A stretch of 64,000 bases of DNA. Source: Polyangiaceae bacterium (lineage in GTDB: Bacteria > Myxococcota_A > Polyangia > Polyangiales > Polyangiaceae). The position numbers and the translations under genes were made by a program. The stretch covers positions 21,517 through 85,516 of the forward strand of contig JAPSGB010000018.1 in the NCBI GenBank assembly GCA_035063585.1, read 5' to 3'. The notes beneath the pieces were generated by a model. That model was not told the DNA's origin, ran no database searches, and saw nothing but the letters and a program-made list of their open reading frames with translations. How positions within the stretch are numbered: position 1 is the first letter of the stretch; each line of letters opens with the position of its first letter. This document shows, piece by piece, positions 52,809-62,006 of this stretch.

Positions 52809-55169
52809 ATGCGGGTCGCGGTCGTGTTTCCGCCCCTGTCGGTGTCGCGCGACTTCATCGACTACCCCTACTTCGCCGATCTCGGCGCGGTGCAGGCGGC
52901 GTCCGTGCTGCGCGCGCGCGGGCACGAGGTAACGCTGGTCGACGCGCTCGCTCGCCCCGGCGCGTCCGCCACGCTCGGCGACGATCAGCGGCTGCGGCTC
53001 GGCGTCTCGGTCGAAGAGGTCGCCAGCGCCGTCCCTCCCGGCGAGGTCGCCCTCGTCGCCTACACGCCGTTTCACCGACCGCCGGCGCGCGAGCCGCTGC
53101 TCGGCGCGCTGCTCGAGCGACTCCGGGCGAGCGCGCCCGAGCGGCCGATCCTGCTCGCCGACCTCTACCAGAGCGGTCAACACGTCGTCGACGCCCCCTC
53201 GGCGCGTGTCCTCGCCGCGTACCCGGAGGCGGACGTCCTCCTGCGCTACGAGGCGGAGCGCGTGCTCGAAGCGCTCGTCACCGAGCTCGCGGCGAGCGGG
53301 CGCCCGCGCGTGCCCCGCGCCGTCGAAGGCCCCGAGGTCGACGCACTCGACGAGCTCCCGCTGCCCGCCTGGGACCTGGTCGACGTCGAGGCGTACTTCA
53401 GCTTTCACTCGAGCGTCGTCGCCGAGCTCGGGCGGCCCGCTTGGGCGTTTCCCATCGACGAGCGCTCGCTCCCGCTGCTCTCGACCCGAGGCTGCCCGTT
53501 TCGATGCGCGCACTGCTCGAGCAACCCGGGGCGCGCGGAGGGCGCGCCGAAGCGGCAGCGGAGGTACTCGCCCGAGTATGTCGCGCGGCACCTCGACCTG
53601 CTGAGGAGCCTCGGCGCCCGGCGCGTGCACCTGCTCGACGAGCTCGCCAACGTGAACGAGCGGCACTTCGATGCGCTGCTCGAGCTCTTGGCCGAGCGTC
53701 AGCTCCGCTTCGAGATCCCGAACGGTGTGCGCGCGGACTACGTGCTCCCGCGCCACCTCGAGGCGATGCGGGGCCGGCTCTCCACGCTCAGCGTGAGCGC
53801 GGAGAGCGGAGTCCAGCGCGTGGTCGACGAGGTGGTCGGCAAGGAGCTCGAGCTCGGGGCCGTCACCCGCACCGCCGAGCTCGCGCGCGACGCGGGCGTC
53901 CCGGTGCTGGTGCACTTCATCATCGGGATGCCCGGCGAGACGCGCGAGGAGATAAGCGGCACCTTGAGCTTTGCGATCGAGCTCTTCGAGCGCACCGGCG
54001 CGTGGCCGAGCGTGCAGTTCGCGACCCCACTGCCCGGCACGCGGCTGGCCCGCGCCGCGGCGGCCACCGGCAAGCCGCTGCCGGTGGTCGATGACTGGGG
54101 GCCACGCTTCCAGCAGGAGGCCTCGCTCGCGTCGGACGATTTCACCCGGGAGGACCTCGCGAAGTTCAAGGAGACGTTCGACCTCAGGCTGTCGGCCGCC
54201 CAGGGCCCGAAGAAGGTGATCATGAACATCACCTACAAGTGCAACAACCGCTGCCCGTTCTGCGCCGTCGGCACACGGACCCAGTTCGACGGCAACTACG
54301 ACCGTCAGCGCGAGCTCTTGGCGAAGTATCGCCTGCGCGGCGTCGAGCTGGTCGATTTCGACGGCGGCGAGCCGACCATGAACCCGAACCTATTCAAGCT
54401 GGTGAAGCTCGCGCGGAAGATGGGCTACGCCAAGGTGAACGTCACCACCAACGGGCGCATGGCGATGTACGAGGACTTCGCCGAGCGCCTGGTGACGAGC
54501 GGCATCACCTCGCTCCTCTTCAGCATCCACGGCGCGACCCGCAGCATCCACACCGCCAACGTGGGCGTCCCGGAGGCGTTCGATCAGACCCTCGCCGGGG
54601 TGCGAAATTGCGTGCGGCTCGCGCCACCCGGCGTGGAGCTCGGCGCGAACATCACGCTCACTCGGAGCAACGTGAGCTCGCTCAGCGACGTCGCGGCGCT
54701 CATCTACGAGCTTGGGCTCCGCTGGTTCAACGTGCAGTTCTTGACGCCCTTCGGGCGCGCGACCAGCACCGTGAATCCCGACACGGGGGCGGCCGCCGAG
54801 GCGACCATGCGGATGATCGACGCCTGGAAGGACCGAATGAAGCTCCAGGTCATCAACCTCCCGTGGTGCTTCATGCCAGGCTACGAAGAGTACCTGATGG
54901 GGGATCTCCTGAAGCTCGAGCGGCACATGCTGTTCGTGAACAACGAAGAGGTGAACCTCTTCGAGTATCTCCGCGCGCAGCGCGAGTATAAGGAAGTGTG
55001 CCGAGGCTGCGTGCGCCGGGTCTTCTGCGGCGGGTTCTACCAGCTCGACGACGTGCCCGAGCCCGAGTGGCTCATCGAGCCCGCCGATCTGGAGCGCCCG
55101 ATCGATCACGAGGGGCTCACCGCGCACCCGCGCGCGCTGCCCCTGCACGACGCGCGCGCCAAGCCGTAG
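52809..55169 (+). CDS. Fusion: cobalamin-type radical SAM + HxsC-like radical SAM
   Basis: N-terminal B12-binding-like domain (VAVVFPP, GHEVTLVDA), STRGCPFRCAHC, FIIGMPGET; second ITYKCNNRCPFC, DGGEPT, TTNGRM, NLPWC, CRGCVRRVFCGG. Confidence 0.88.
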   Translation: MRVAVVFPPLSVSRDFIDYPYFADLGAVQAASVLRARGHEVTLVDALARPGASATLGDDQRLRLGVSVEEVASAVPPGEVALVAYTPFHRPPAREPLLGALLERLRASAPERPILLADLYQSGQHVVDAPSARVLAAYPEADVLLRYEAERVLEALVTELAASGRPRVPRAVEGPEVDALDELPLPAWDLVDVEAYFSFHSSVVAELGRPAWAFPIDERSLPLLSTRGCPFRCAHCSSNPGRAEGAPKRQRRYSPEYVARHLDLLRSLGARRVHLLDELANVNERHFDALLELLAERQLRFEIPNGVRADYVLPRHLEAMRGRLSTLSVSAESGVQRVVDEVVGKELELGAVTRTAELARDAGVPVLVHFIIGMPGETREEISGTLSFAIELFERTGAWPSVQFATPLPGTRLARAAAATGKPLPVVDDWGPRFQQEASLASDDFTREDLAKFKETFDLRLSAAQGPKKVIMNITYKCNNRCPFCAVGTRTQFDGNYDRQRELLAKYRLRGVELVDFDGGEPTMNPNLFKLVKLARKMGYAKVNVTTNGRMAMYEDFAERLVTSGITSLLFSIHGATRSIHTANVGVPEAFDQTLAGVRNCVRLAPPGVELGANITLTRSNVSSLSDVAALIYELGLRWFNVQFLTPFGRATSTVNPDTGAAAEATMRMIDAWKDRMKLQVINLPWCFMPGYEEYLMGDLLKLERHMLFVNNEEVNLFEYLRAQREYKEVCRGCVRRVFCGGFYQLDDVPEPEWLIEPADLERPIDHEGLTAHPRALPLHDARAKP

Positions 55170-55171
55170 GC

Positions 55172-56752
55172 CTATCCGTCCTTGGCAGGGCGCGCGCGAA
55201 AATCGTAGCGGCCCGGCGCGAGCACGTCATCCGGGTCGAGCGCGCGCTTCAGCCGCGCCAGCACGGTGAGCGAGTCGTCGTTCGGCGGAGGCAGAGCGTG
55301 CATCGCCTGGATGCCGAGCCGATACGGCAGGTAGCCGCGCGCGGCGAGCGCGGAGAGGAGCGCGTCGTGACACGCCATGGCCCGCGCGTCCTCGCCGCCG
55401 ACGTCGCGGTCGTAGATGATGAGCGGCACCAGGTAGAGCGTGCGCTCGCTCTGCGCGACCATCGCGATGAGCGGCTCGAAGCCGTGCTCGAGCATGAGCG
55501 GCTCGACGAGCGCCGCGGCCGCCGCCACGTCCTCCCCGCGGAACGGCAGCGCCGGGCACGCCCAGAGCACGCCGCAGCGATCCCGCTCCGGATCGGGGTC
55601 GCTCGGCGGCGGGGTGCGCTTTCGCCAGTAGAGGCTCCGCAGACTCCCCTCGTGTGGGATCCCCTGGAGGAAGCGGAACGCGGGGTCGTCCTCCGAGAAG
55701 AGCTCGGCGCCGCTCGCCGGCATGCCCCGCCGCGTCTCGATCGACAAGTGATCGACCAGGGGACCGAGCGCGCGCTCGACGCGGGCGCAGAGCGCGGCGC
55801 CGATCGCGTCGTCGGGGGCGTAGAGCGCGGTGGTACCGAACCAGCGCGCACCACCCCAGGTGTGCCGGAGCGTGTCGAGCGTGGCGCGCGATAGCGGAGT
55901 CCGCCCGCCGGTCAGCGACCACGGGTACTGCTCGCGGGTCGAGAGGACGCGGTAGTCGTTCCAGAGCCCGACCACCGAGCGCAGCGTGCCGTCCTGCCGG
56001 AGGTCGCGGAGCGCGTCCGCCAGCCGCGGGAGGCGCTCCGGCTCGAGCACGCTGAAGCGCACCGCCGAGAGCGAGCGCGGCAGCGGCGTGAGCCAGAGCG
56101 TCATGCGGGTGACGATGCCGAGATTCGACTGCGTGAAGAGCCCGTCGAGCGAAGGCCCCACGCCCCAGCGGTGGAGCGGCGCGAGCGGCGTCCCCGAAAA
56201 ACGCGAGAACCCGGTGCGGACGAGCTCCCCGGTCGGGAGCACCGCCTCGAGCGCGCAGACGTGGGCCGCGCGATCGCCGTAGGGGCCGGTGCCGTCGCCA
56301 CGCTCGAGCGCGTTTCCGAGCACGCTCGCGTGCGGGCTCGCGCCGGTCGTGTTGGCGAAGAGCCGCGAGCCGCGCGCGCGCAGGAAGTCGTAGAGGTCGG
56401 CGAAACTCACCCCCGGCTCGACGGTGACCCACGCCATCTCCTCGTCGAACGCTTCGATGCGGTTCATACGCCCGAGATCGAGGAGCACCGCGCCCGTCTC
56501 GGGTGGCACCCGCGAGCCGAGGCCCCAATTCTTGCCGCGACTGATCGGATAGAGCGTCACGCCGAGCTCGCGCGCCAGGAGGACGCAGGCGCGCACCTCG
56601 GCGCGCGAGCCGGGGCACGCCACCGCGACCAGGCGTTGCCGGGTGGCAAAGGTCGCGGACTCGGCGCGCCCGAGCACGCGCGCGTCCGCGCTCACGTGCT
56701 CGGCGCCGAGGAGCTCCGAGAGCCGTTCGAGGAGCCGTGAGGGTTCGATCAC
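55172..56752 (-). CDS. FAD-binding oxidoreductase (VAO/p-cresol methylhydroxylase flavoprotein family)
   Basis: YPISRGKNWGLGS, LDLGRMNRI, VEPGV, GNALERG, GLFTQSNLGIVT, LDPDDVLAPGRY. Confidence 0.85.
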   Translation of the reverse strand: MIEPSRLLERLSELLGAEHVSADARVLGRAESATFATRQRLVAVACPGSRAEVRACVLLARELGVTLYPISRGKNWGLGSRVPPETGAVLLDLGRMNRIEAFDEEMAWVTVEPGVSFADLYDFLRARGSRLFANTTGASPHASVLGNALERGDGTGPYGDRAAHVCALEAVLPTGELVRTGFSRFSGTPLAPLHRWGVGPSLDGLFTQSNLGIVTRMTLWLTPLPRSLSAVRFSVLEPERLPRLADALRDLRQDGTLRSVVGLWNDYRVLSTREQYPWSLTGGRTPLSRATLDTLRHTWGGARWFGTTALYAPDDAIGAALCARVERALGPLVDHLSIETRRGMPASGAELFSEDDPAFRFLQGIPHEGSLRSLYWRKRTPPPSDPDPERDRCGVLWACPALPFRGEDVAAAAALVEPLMLEHGFEPLIAMVAQSERTLYLVPLIIYDRDVGGEDARAMACHDALLSALAARGYLPYRLGIQAMHALPPPNDDSLTVLARLKRALDPDDVLAPGRYDFRARPAKDG

Positions 56753-56798
56753 CGGTGGGAGCGTGGCCGCGCCGTCACCCAGCCGCAACCCGCCCGCT

Positions 56799-57107
56799 TC
56801 AGCGGCGGCGGCGCGGCACCGCGCGCAAGAGCTGGAGCACCGCCTGCTGCACCTCCGGCGGCGCCGATTCGAAGAGGTGCGCGGCCTCGACGCCCGCCGC
56901 CGAGAGGTTGGCGACCCCGCCGAGGAGCTCGCAGAGCGGAGTCTCGAGCGCCTCGCCGAGCGCGCGCACGGTGCTGAGCGAGGGATCGCGCCGCTCGTTC
57001 TCCACGCTGCCGATGTAATTCGGGCTGAGCCCCGAACGCTCCGCGAGCTGCTCGAGCGTGAGCTCGAGCGCCCGCCGGCGCCTCCTGACCTCGCGACCGA
57101 AGCTCAC
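56799..57107 (-). CDS. XRE-family HTH transcriptional regulator
   Basis: FGREVRRRRRALELTLEQLAERSGLSPNYIGSVENERRDPSL. Confidence 0.88.
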   Translation of the reverse strand: MSFGREVRRRRRALELTLEQLAERSGLSPNYIGSVENERRDPSLSTVRALGEALETPLCELLGGVANLSAAGVEAAHLFESAPPEVQQAVLQLLRAVPRRRR

Positions 57108-57164
57108 TATGCGCGCGTTCTCACTGGTACGGCTCCCCGAAGGAACCACTGGTAGTAGTGCGGG

Positions 57165-57194
57165 ACAATACGATTGTGACGGAAGTCGCGTCAA
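57165..57194 (-). promoter_or_regulatory. Candidate promoter/operator of the XRE regulator
   Basis: Minus strand TTGACG-N18-TATTGT; palindrome ACAAT-N3-ATTGT (57165-57177) overlaps the -10 element. Confidence 0.5.
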
Positions 57195-57228
57195 CCGGCG
57201 CTGACGCCCTCGATTTCCACTTGGCGAT

Positions 57229-58113
57229 TTACCATGGAATCGGGATGAGTTCACCGTCTCCGTACACTTCCACGTAGTCACGCCGGAGCCCTGGGCACGA
57301 CGCCCGGTAACGGCAGCGCGCGCACGCTTCGGAGCTCGCGCCGCCGGTGAGGCGCGACTCCGAGAGATCGAAGCAGTCGTCCGGGGTCACCACGCGTACC
57401 CCCTCGGCGCCCGGGTGGCGCACGTGCTCCTCATATCCGGCGAGGAAGCAGCGAGGCACGTGGAGCGCCTCCACCTGGTAGCCGCCCGCGCGCGCGTCGT
57501 CGAAGGCTCTGCGGAGGAACGGCACCAAATCCGTGATGCGCGGCAGCTGCTCGACCTTCCCAGCGTTCTCGTCGGTGAGCGAGACCAACCACAAATTGTA
57601 CCGCCGCACGCCCATCGCGACGAGCGAGGCGATCCACTCCGGGAGCTCGCGGTAGGTGTCGCTCTTCAGGATGAGCTCGGCGCTCGGGTCGAGCCCGCGC
57701 GCGACGAGGTGTTCGATGGCGCGACGCCGGAGCGCGGCCGTCCCCTCGAGCTGGACCGTGCGCTCGTAAGCGGCGTCGTCGAACGCGTGCATCGAGACGT
57801 GGAAGCGGTTCACCCCGAGCTCGAGCAGATGATCGAGGAACGGCGCGTGGGCGTAGCGGAGCCCGTTCGAGGTGAGCTTCACCTCCTCGAAGCCGCGCAA
57901 TCTTGCGAGGCGTACGAGCTTCGGCAAGACGGGGAAGATGGTCGGCTCCCCGCCCGTGAACGCGATGCGCTTCCAGCCGCGCGCCGCCGCCTGCTCGATT
58001 TCGCGCACGGCGACCGCCGGGTCGAGCGCGCGGACGCGCATGTCATCCTTGATCGTGCAGTAGCTACACTTCAGGTTGCAGTCGTAGCCGAGCACGAGGT
58101 CGAGGAGCGGCAT
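57229..58113 (-). CDS. Radical SAM protein (HxsC-like)
   Basis: LGYDCNLKCSYC, FTGGEPT, TSNG, VPRC, CARCRYRASCPGLRRDYVEVYGDGEL. Confidence 0.88.
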   Translation of the reverse strand: MPLLDLVLGYDCNLKCSYCTIKDDMRVRALDPAVAVREIEQAAARGWKRIAFTGGEPTIFPVLPKLVRLARLRGFEEVKLTSNGLRYAHAPFLDHLLELGVNRFHVSMHAFDDAAYERTVQLEGTAALRRRAIEHLVARGLDPSAELILKSDTYRELPEWIASLVAMGVRRYNLWLVSLTDENAGKVEQLPRITDLVPFLRRAFDDARAGGYQVEALHVPRCFLAGYEEHVRHPGAEGVRVVTPDDCFDLSESRLTGGASSEACARCRYRASCPGLRRDYVEVYGDGELIPIPW

Positions 58114-58127
58114 CGCGGGAGCGTCCC

Positions 58128-58829
58128 ATGTTTTCCAGCAACTCGCAGCGCGGCCCGGCCGACCCGAGCGGCGTGCCCGTCGAGCTCCACCCGCGAATCG
58201 TGACGCGCAGCGCGGCCGCCCCCCGCGGTCCCGCGCCGGGCCGGCAAGACCCATCATTCTCCGAGCACCTGGCCGCGCGGACCCCGCTCGAGCCGGGCGA
58301 GGCCGCGCGCGCGCTCTCCCGCGCGTGGCGCGAGGTCACCGGCGCGGAGCCGTCGCCCCACACTTTGGGCGCGCTCTACGCGCAGTGGGCGCTCGAGACG
58401 GGCCGCGGCCGGTCGATGATCGGCTTCAATTTCGGGAACCTGAAGGGGGTGGGGCCAGGCGGTAAGAGCACGCTGATGATGACCGGCGAGGGCCATGGGC
58501 GCTCTGCGCGCCAGGTCCGCGCGCGATTTCGCGCCTACGACGGGGTCGACGAGGGCGCGCGCGACTACGTGCAGACGCTCGCGCGGAAGTTTCCGCGCTC
58601 GTTCGCCGCGGCGCGGGCCGGCGACACGAGCGGGTTCGCCGAGGCGCTCGCGCGCGAAGGGTATTTTACCGCCGACCCGGTCGCGTATCGCCAGGGCCTC
58701 GTGGGGCTCGCGCGCGAGTACGAGCGGGTCGGGCCGCGCGCGGGCGCGCTCCGCGTGGACGCGGCGAGCCCCGCGGTGGAGGGGGTCCTCCGCGCGTTCC
58801 AGGACGCCATGATGCGGCGTCGCGCCTGA
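58128..58829 (+). CDS. Glucosaminidase-domain (FlgJ/GH73-like) peptidoglycan hydrolase
   Basis: AQWALETGRG, NFGNLKG, FRAYD, GYFTADPVAY. Confidence 0.7.
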   Translation: MFSSNSQRGPADPSGVPVELHPRIVTRSAAAPRGPAPGRQDPSFSEHLAARTPLEPGEAARALSRAWREVTGAEPSPHTLGALYAQWALETGRGRSMIGFNFGNLKGVGPGGKSTLMMTGEGHGRSARQVRARFRAYDGVDEGARDYVQTLARKFPRSFAAARAGDTSGFAEALAREGYFTADPVAYRQGLVGLAREYERVGPRAGALRVDAASPAVEGVLRAFQDAMMRRRA

Positions 58830-58883
58830 GCCCGGAGCGTCGAAAATTGGGCCATACCGCCCGCGCCGTGCCACCGCGTACCC

Positions 58884-60215
58884 ATGCAAAGGTACGCATT
58901 TCGTCGGGCTGGGGGGGCGCTCCTGGCGTGCGCCGTGCTCTCGAGCGGCTGCGACGGCGCGAAGAACGACCCGGCGCTCGCCAAGACCGGCGAGGCGGCG
59001 ATCCCGAAGGTGCCGGTCCCGCCAGCGGACGGTCCGCCGCTCGGCTCGATCGCCAACCTCACCCCGGTCCGCGAGCGCCCCGCGAAGGACGCCCGGCAGC
59101 TCGGCTACCTCCACGCCGGCGCCAAGGTGGCGCGCGCCGACAAGCCCTATGACGACGAAGGCTGCGAAGGGGGCTGGTACCCGATCCGCCCGCGCGGCTT
59201 CGTGTGCGTCGGTGACGCGGCGACCATCGACATGGCGCACCCGACGCTCGCGGTGATGAGCCTCGCGCCGAAGCTCGGTGAGACGCTCCCCTACACGTAC
59301 GCGCGCACGAAAAAGGAGACGCCGCTCTACGAGCGGAGCGCCCAGACGGACGACTCGGTGCGCGAGGTCGGCAAGCTACCGGTGCGGAGCGCGCTCGCCA
59401 TCGTCGGCTCGTGGACAGCCAAGGATCCGAAGGGGATCGAGCAGCGCCTCGGGCTCACCACCGACGGGCACTTCGTGACCGCGAGCGATCTCGTCGCTGC
59501 GGAGCCGAGCCCGTTTCAGGGCGTCGAGCTCGGCGAGAAGCTGCCGCTCCCGGTCGCCTTCGTGGTCAAGCGCGGCGTGCGCGCCTGGGACGTGAGCAAG
59601 GACGAGGCCGACAAGCTCGACGAGCTCGCCTATCACCAGCTCGTCCCGCTCACCGGACGCTTCCGCAGCGTCGGGCCCGTGAAGTACTGGGCGGTCGAAG
59701 GCGGTCACTACGTGCGCCACCGTGACGTGACCGTCATCCGACAGCGAAATTCCTATCCGGATTTCGTCACTCCCGAACAAAAGTGGATTGACGTGAGCGT
59801 CATCACGGGCACCCTCGTGCTCTACGAGGGGAAGCGAGCCGTGTTCGGCACGCTGGTGAGCGTCGGGCGAGATCGCCTGGGCGATCCCAAGACGACGGCG
59901 TCCACCGCGCAGGGCGACTTCGAGATCGTCGGCAAGCACATCACCGCGCTAGGCCTCGATCCGCTCCTGCTCGGCGATCCGTACCAGGTGCGCGACGCGC
60001 CCTGGGCGCTCGAGCTATCTTCGGGTCAGCTCATGCTCGGTGCCTACTGGCACGACCGCTTCGGCATCGAGACGGGCCCGGGTGCGATCGAGCTCTCGCC
60101 GAGCGACGCGGCGCGCGTGTGGCAGTGGGTCGGGCTCACGGTGCCCGACGGCTGGCACGGCGTGAGCGGCGCGCCGAGCGCCGACCAGAAGGTCATGGTC
60201 CGGGTCCGGAAATAG
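58884..60215 (+). CDS. L,D-transpeptidase-like lipoprotein
   Basis: LSSG-C lipobox; KWIDVSV...LVLYEG...LVSVG, AYWHDRFG; the expected catalytic HGC reads PGAIEL. Confidence 0.65.
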   Translation: MQRYAFRRAGGALLACAVLSSGCDGAKNDPALAKTGEAAIPKVPVPPADGPPLGSIANLTPVRERPAKDARQLGYLHAGAKVARADKPYDDEGCEGGWYPIRPRGFVCVGDAATIDMAHPTLAVMSLAPKLGETLPYTYARTKKETPLYERSAQTDDSVREVGKLPVRSALAIVGSWTAKDPKGIEQRLGLTTDGHFVTASDLVAAEPSPFQGVELGEKLPLPVAFVVKRGVRAWDVSKDEADKLDELAYHQLVPLTGRFRSVGPVKYWAVEGGHYVRHRDVTVIRQRNSYPDFVTPEQKWIDVSVITGTLVLYEGKRAVFGTLVSVGRDRLGDPKTTASTAQGDFEIVGKHITALGLDPLLLGDPYQVRDAPWALELSSGQLMLGAYWHDRFGIETGPGAIELSPSDAARVWQWVGLTVPDGWHGVSGAPSADQKVMVRVRK

Positions 60216-60222
60216 GTTTTGT

Positions 60223-60250
60223 CGGTCCGGCGCGGAACCGCGCCGGACCG
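60223..60250. terminator. Perfect 13-bp inverted repeat between convergent genes
   Basis: CGGTCCGGCGCGG-AA-CCGCGCCGGACCG between the 3' ends of the LDT-like gene and fhs; no downstream U tract on either strand. Confidence 0.45.
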
Positions 60251-60260
60251 GCATCCCCTC

Positions 60261-61940
60261 TCAGAAGAGGCCCGTGATGTTGCCCGCGTCGTCGACGTCG
60301 ATGCGGAGCGCGGCCGGGCTGGCGGGAAGCCCCGGCATGGTGTGGATGCCGCCCGCGAGCGCGTAGAGGAAGCCAGCGCCAGCGCTCAAGCGCAGCTCGC
60401 GGATGGGGACCGTGAAGCCGCGCGGGCGCCCGAGGAGCGCGGGATCGTGCGAAATCGAGTATTGCGTCTTCGCGACGCAGACCGGCAAGGCGCCGTAGCC
60501 GAGCGCAGTGAAGCGCTCGGCCTGCTCGCGCGCGAGCGGCGAGAGCTCGACCCCGTCGCCGCCGTAGACACGGCGCGCGATGACCCCGAGCTTCTCCTCG
60601 ATGGGGAGCTCGAGGTCATAGAACGTGCGCGGAGCGCTCTCCGCCTGGCACGCTCCGACCACGGCGCGGGCCAGCTCGACGCCGCCCTCGCCCCCCTTCA
60701 GGTACACCTCGCTCTCGGCGGCGGCGACCGCGCCGGCGGCGAGCGCTGCCTCACGGATCCGGGCGAGCTCGCGCGGATGATCGTCGGGAAAGCGGTTCAC
60801 GGCGACCACCACCGGGACCCCGAGCTCGCGGAGGATGTCGATGTGCGCCTCGAGGTTCGGTAGCCCCGCGGCGAGCGCGTCGAGGTCCTCCGCGAGGAGC
60901 GCGGGCGGCAGCGGGCGCCCCGGGCGCACGTCGAAGCGCCCGCTATGGAGCTTCAGCGCGCGCGCCGTGCATACGAGCACCTCGAGGTGCGGGTAGAGCC
61001 CGGAGGCGCGCGCCTTGATGTGAAAGAACTTCTCCGCGCCGCAGTCGGCTCCGAACCCGCTCTCGGTGACCACGTAATCGGCGAGGCGGACCGCGGCGAG
61101 ATCCGCCGCCACCGAGCTGTTGCCGTGCGCGATGTTGGCGAACGGCCCGGCGTGCACGAGGACGGGCGTGTGCTCGGAGGTCTGCGCGAGGTTCGGGCGG
61201 ATGGCGTCCTTCAAGAGCGCGGCGAGCGCGCCCACGCCCCCGACGTCCTTCGCGGTCACCGGCGCGCCGCCGGCCGCGAACCCGACCACCATACGATCGA
61301 GCCGCGCGCGCAGATCGCGGAGGTCCTTCGCGAGCGCGAGGATCGCCATCACCTCGCTCGCCGCCGGAAGCATGAAGCCCGTCTCGCGCTGGGGCGCGAG
61401 TCGCTCACCCTTGCCGGTCGTGATCTCGCGGAGACCCCGATCGCTCACGTCGACCACGCGCCGCCAGGTGATGTCGTCGGGCGCGAGCTTCGGCTCCAAG
61501 CCGCGCCCAGCGTGGTTGTCGACGAGGGCCGCGAGCAGGTTGGTCGCTGCCGCGATGGCGTGGAGATCGCCCGTGAAGTGGAGGTTCACGTCGGTGAGCG
61601 GCAAGAGCGCCGCGCGGCCACCGCCCGCTCCACCGCCCTTGATGCCGAACACCGGCGCGAGCGAGGGCTCGCGCAGGGTCGCAATCGCGCTCTCGCCGAT
61701 CCGAGCGAGCGCCATCGCGAGCCCGATGGAGGTCACCGTCTTGCCCTCGCCGAGCGGGGTCGGCGTGATCGCGGTGACGCCGATGATGCGCGCGCCCGGG
61801 CGCGGCGAACGCGCCATGACGGCGTCCATCACGAGTTTTGCTTTGTACCAGCCGTAGGGCTCGTACTCGCGCTCGGAGAGGCCGAGGCCCGAGGCGATCT
61901 CGTCGATGCGGCGCGGTTCGGTGGGCTTCGCTTCAGTCAT
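60261..61940 (-). CDS. fhs: Formate--tetrahydrofolate ligase
   Basis: TAITPTPLGEGKT, GIKGGGAGGG, NLHFTGDLHAI, HAGPFANIAHGNSS, VTESGFGADCGAEKF, AKTQYS, TMPGLP. Confidence 0.97.
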   Translation of the reverse strand: MTEAKPTEPRRIDEIASGLGLSEREYEPYGWYKAKLVMDAVMARSPRPGARIIGVTAITPTPLGEGKTVTSIGLAMALARIGESAIATLREPSLAPVFGIKGGGAGGGRAALLPLTDVNLHFTGDLHAIAAATNLLAALVDNHAGRGLEPKLAPDDITWRRVVDVSDRGLREITTGKGERLAPQRETGFMLPAASEVMAILALAKDLRDLRARLDRMVVGFAAGGAPVTAKDVGGVGALAALLKDAIRPNLAQTSEHTPVLVHAGPFANIAHGNSSVAADLAAVRLADYVVTESGFGADCGAEKFFHIKARASGLYPHLEVLVCTARALKLHSGRFDVRPGRPLPPALLAEDLDALAAGLPNLEAHIDILRELGVPVVVAVNRFPDDHPRELARIREAALAAGAVAAAESEVYLKGGEGGVELARAVVGACQAESAPRTFYDLELPIEEKLGVIARRVYGGDGVELSPLAREQAERFTALGYGALPVCVAKTQYSISHDPALLGRPRGFTVPIRELRLSAGAGFLYALAGGIHTMPGLPASPAALRIDVDDAGNITGLF

Positions 61941-62006
61941 GGATCACTCGTTCCAGCGCAGAAGGGGGGCAGCCAGCGGAGGGTGGAGGGCGGAGGGCGA
62001 AGGCTC

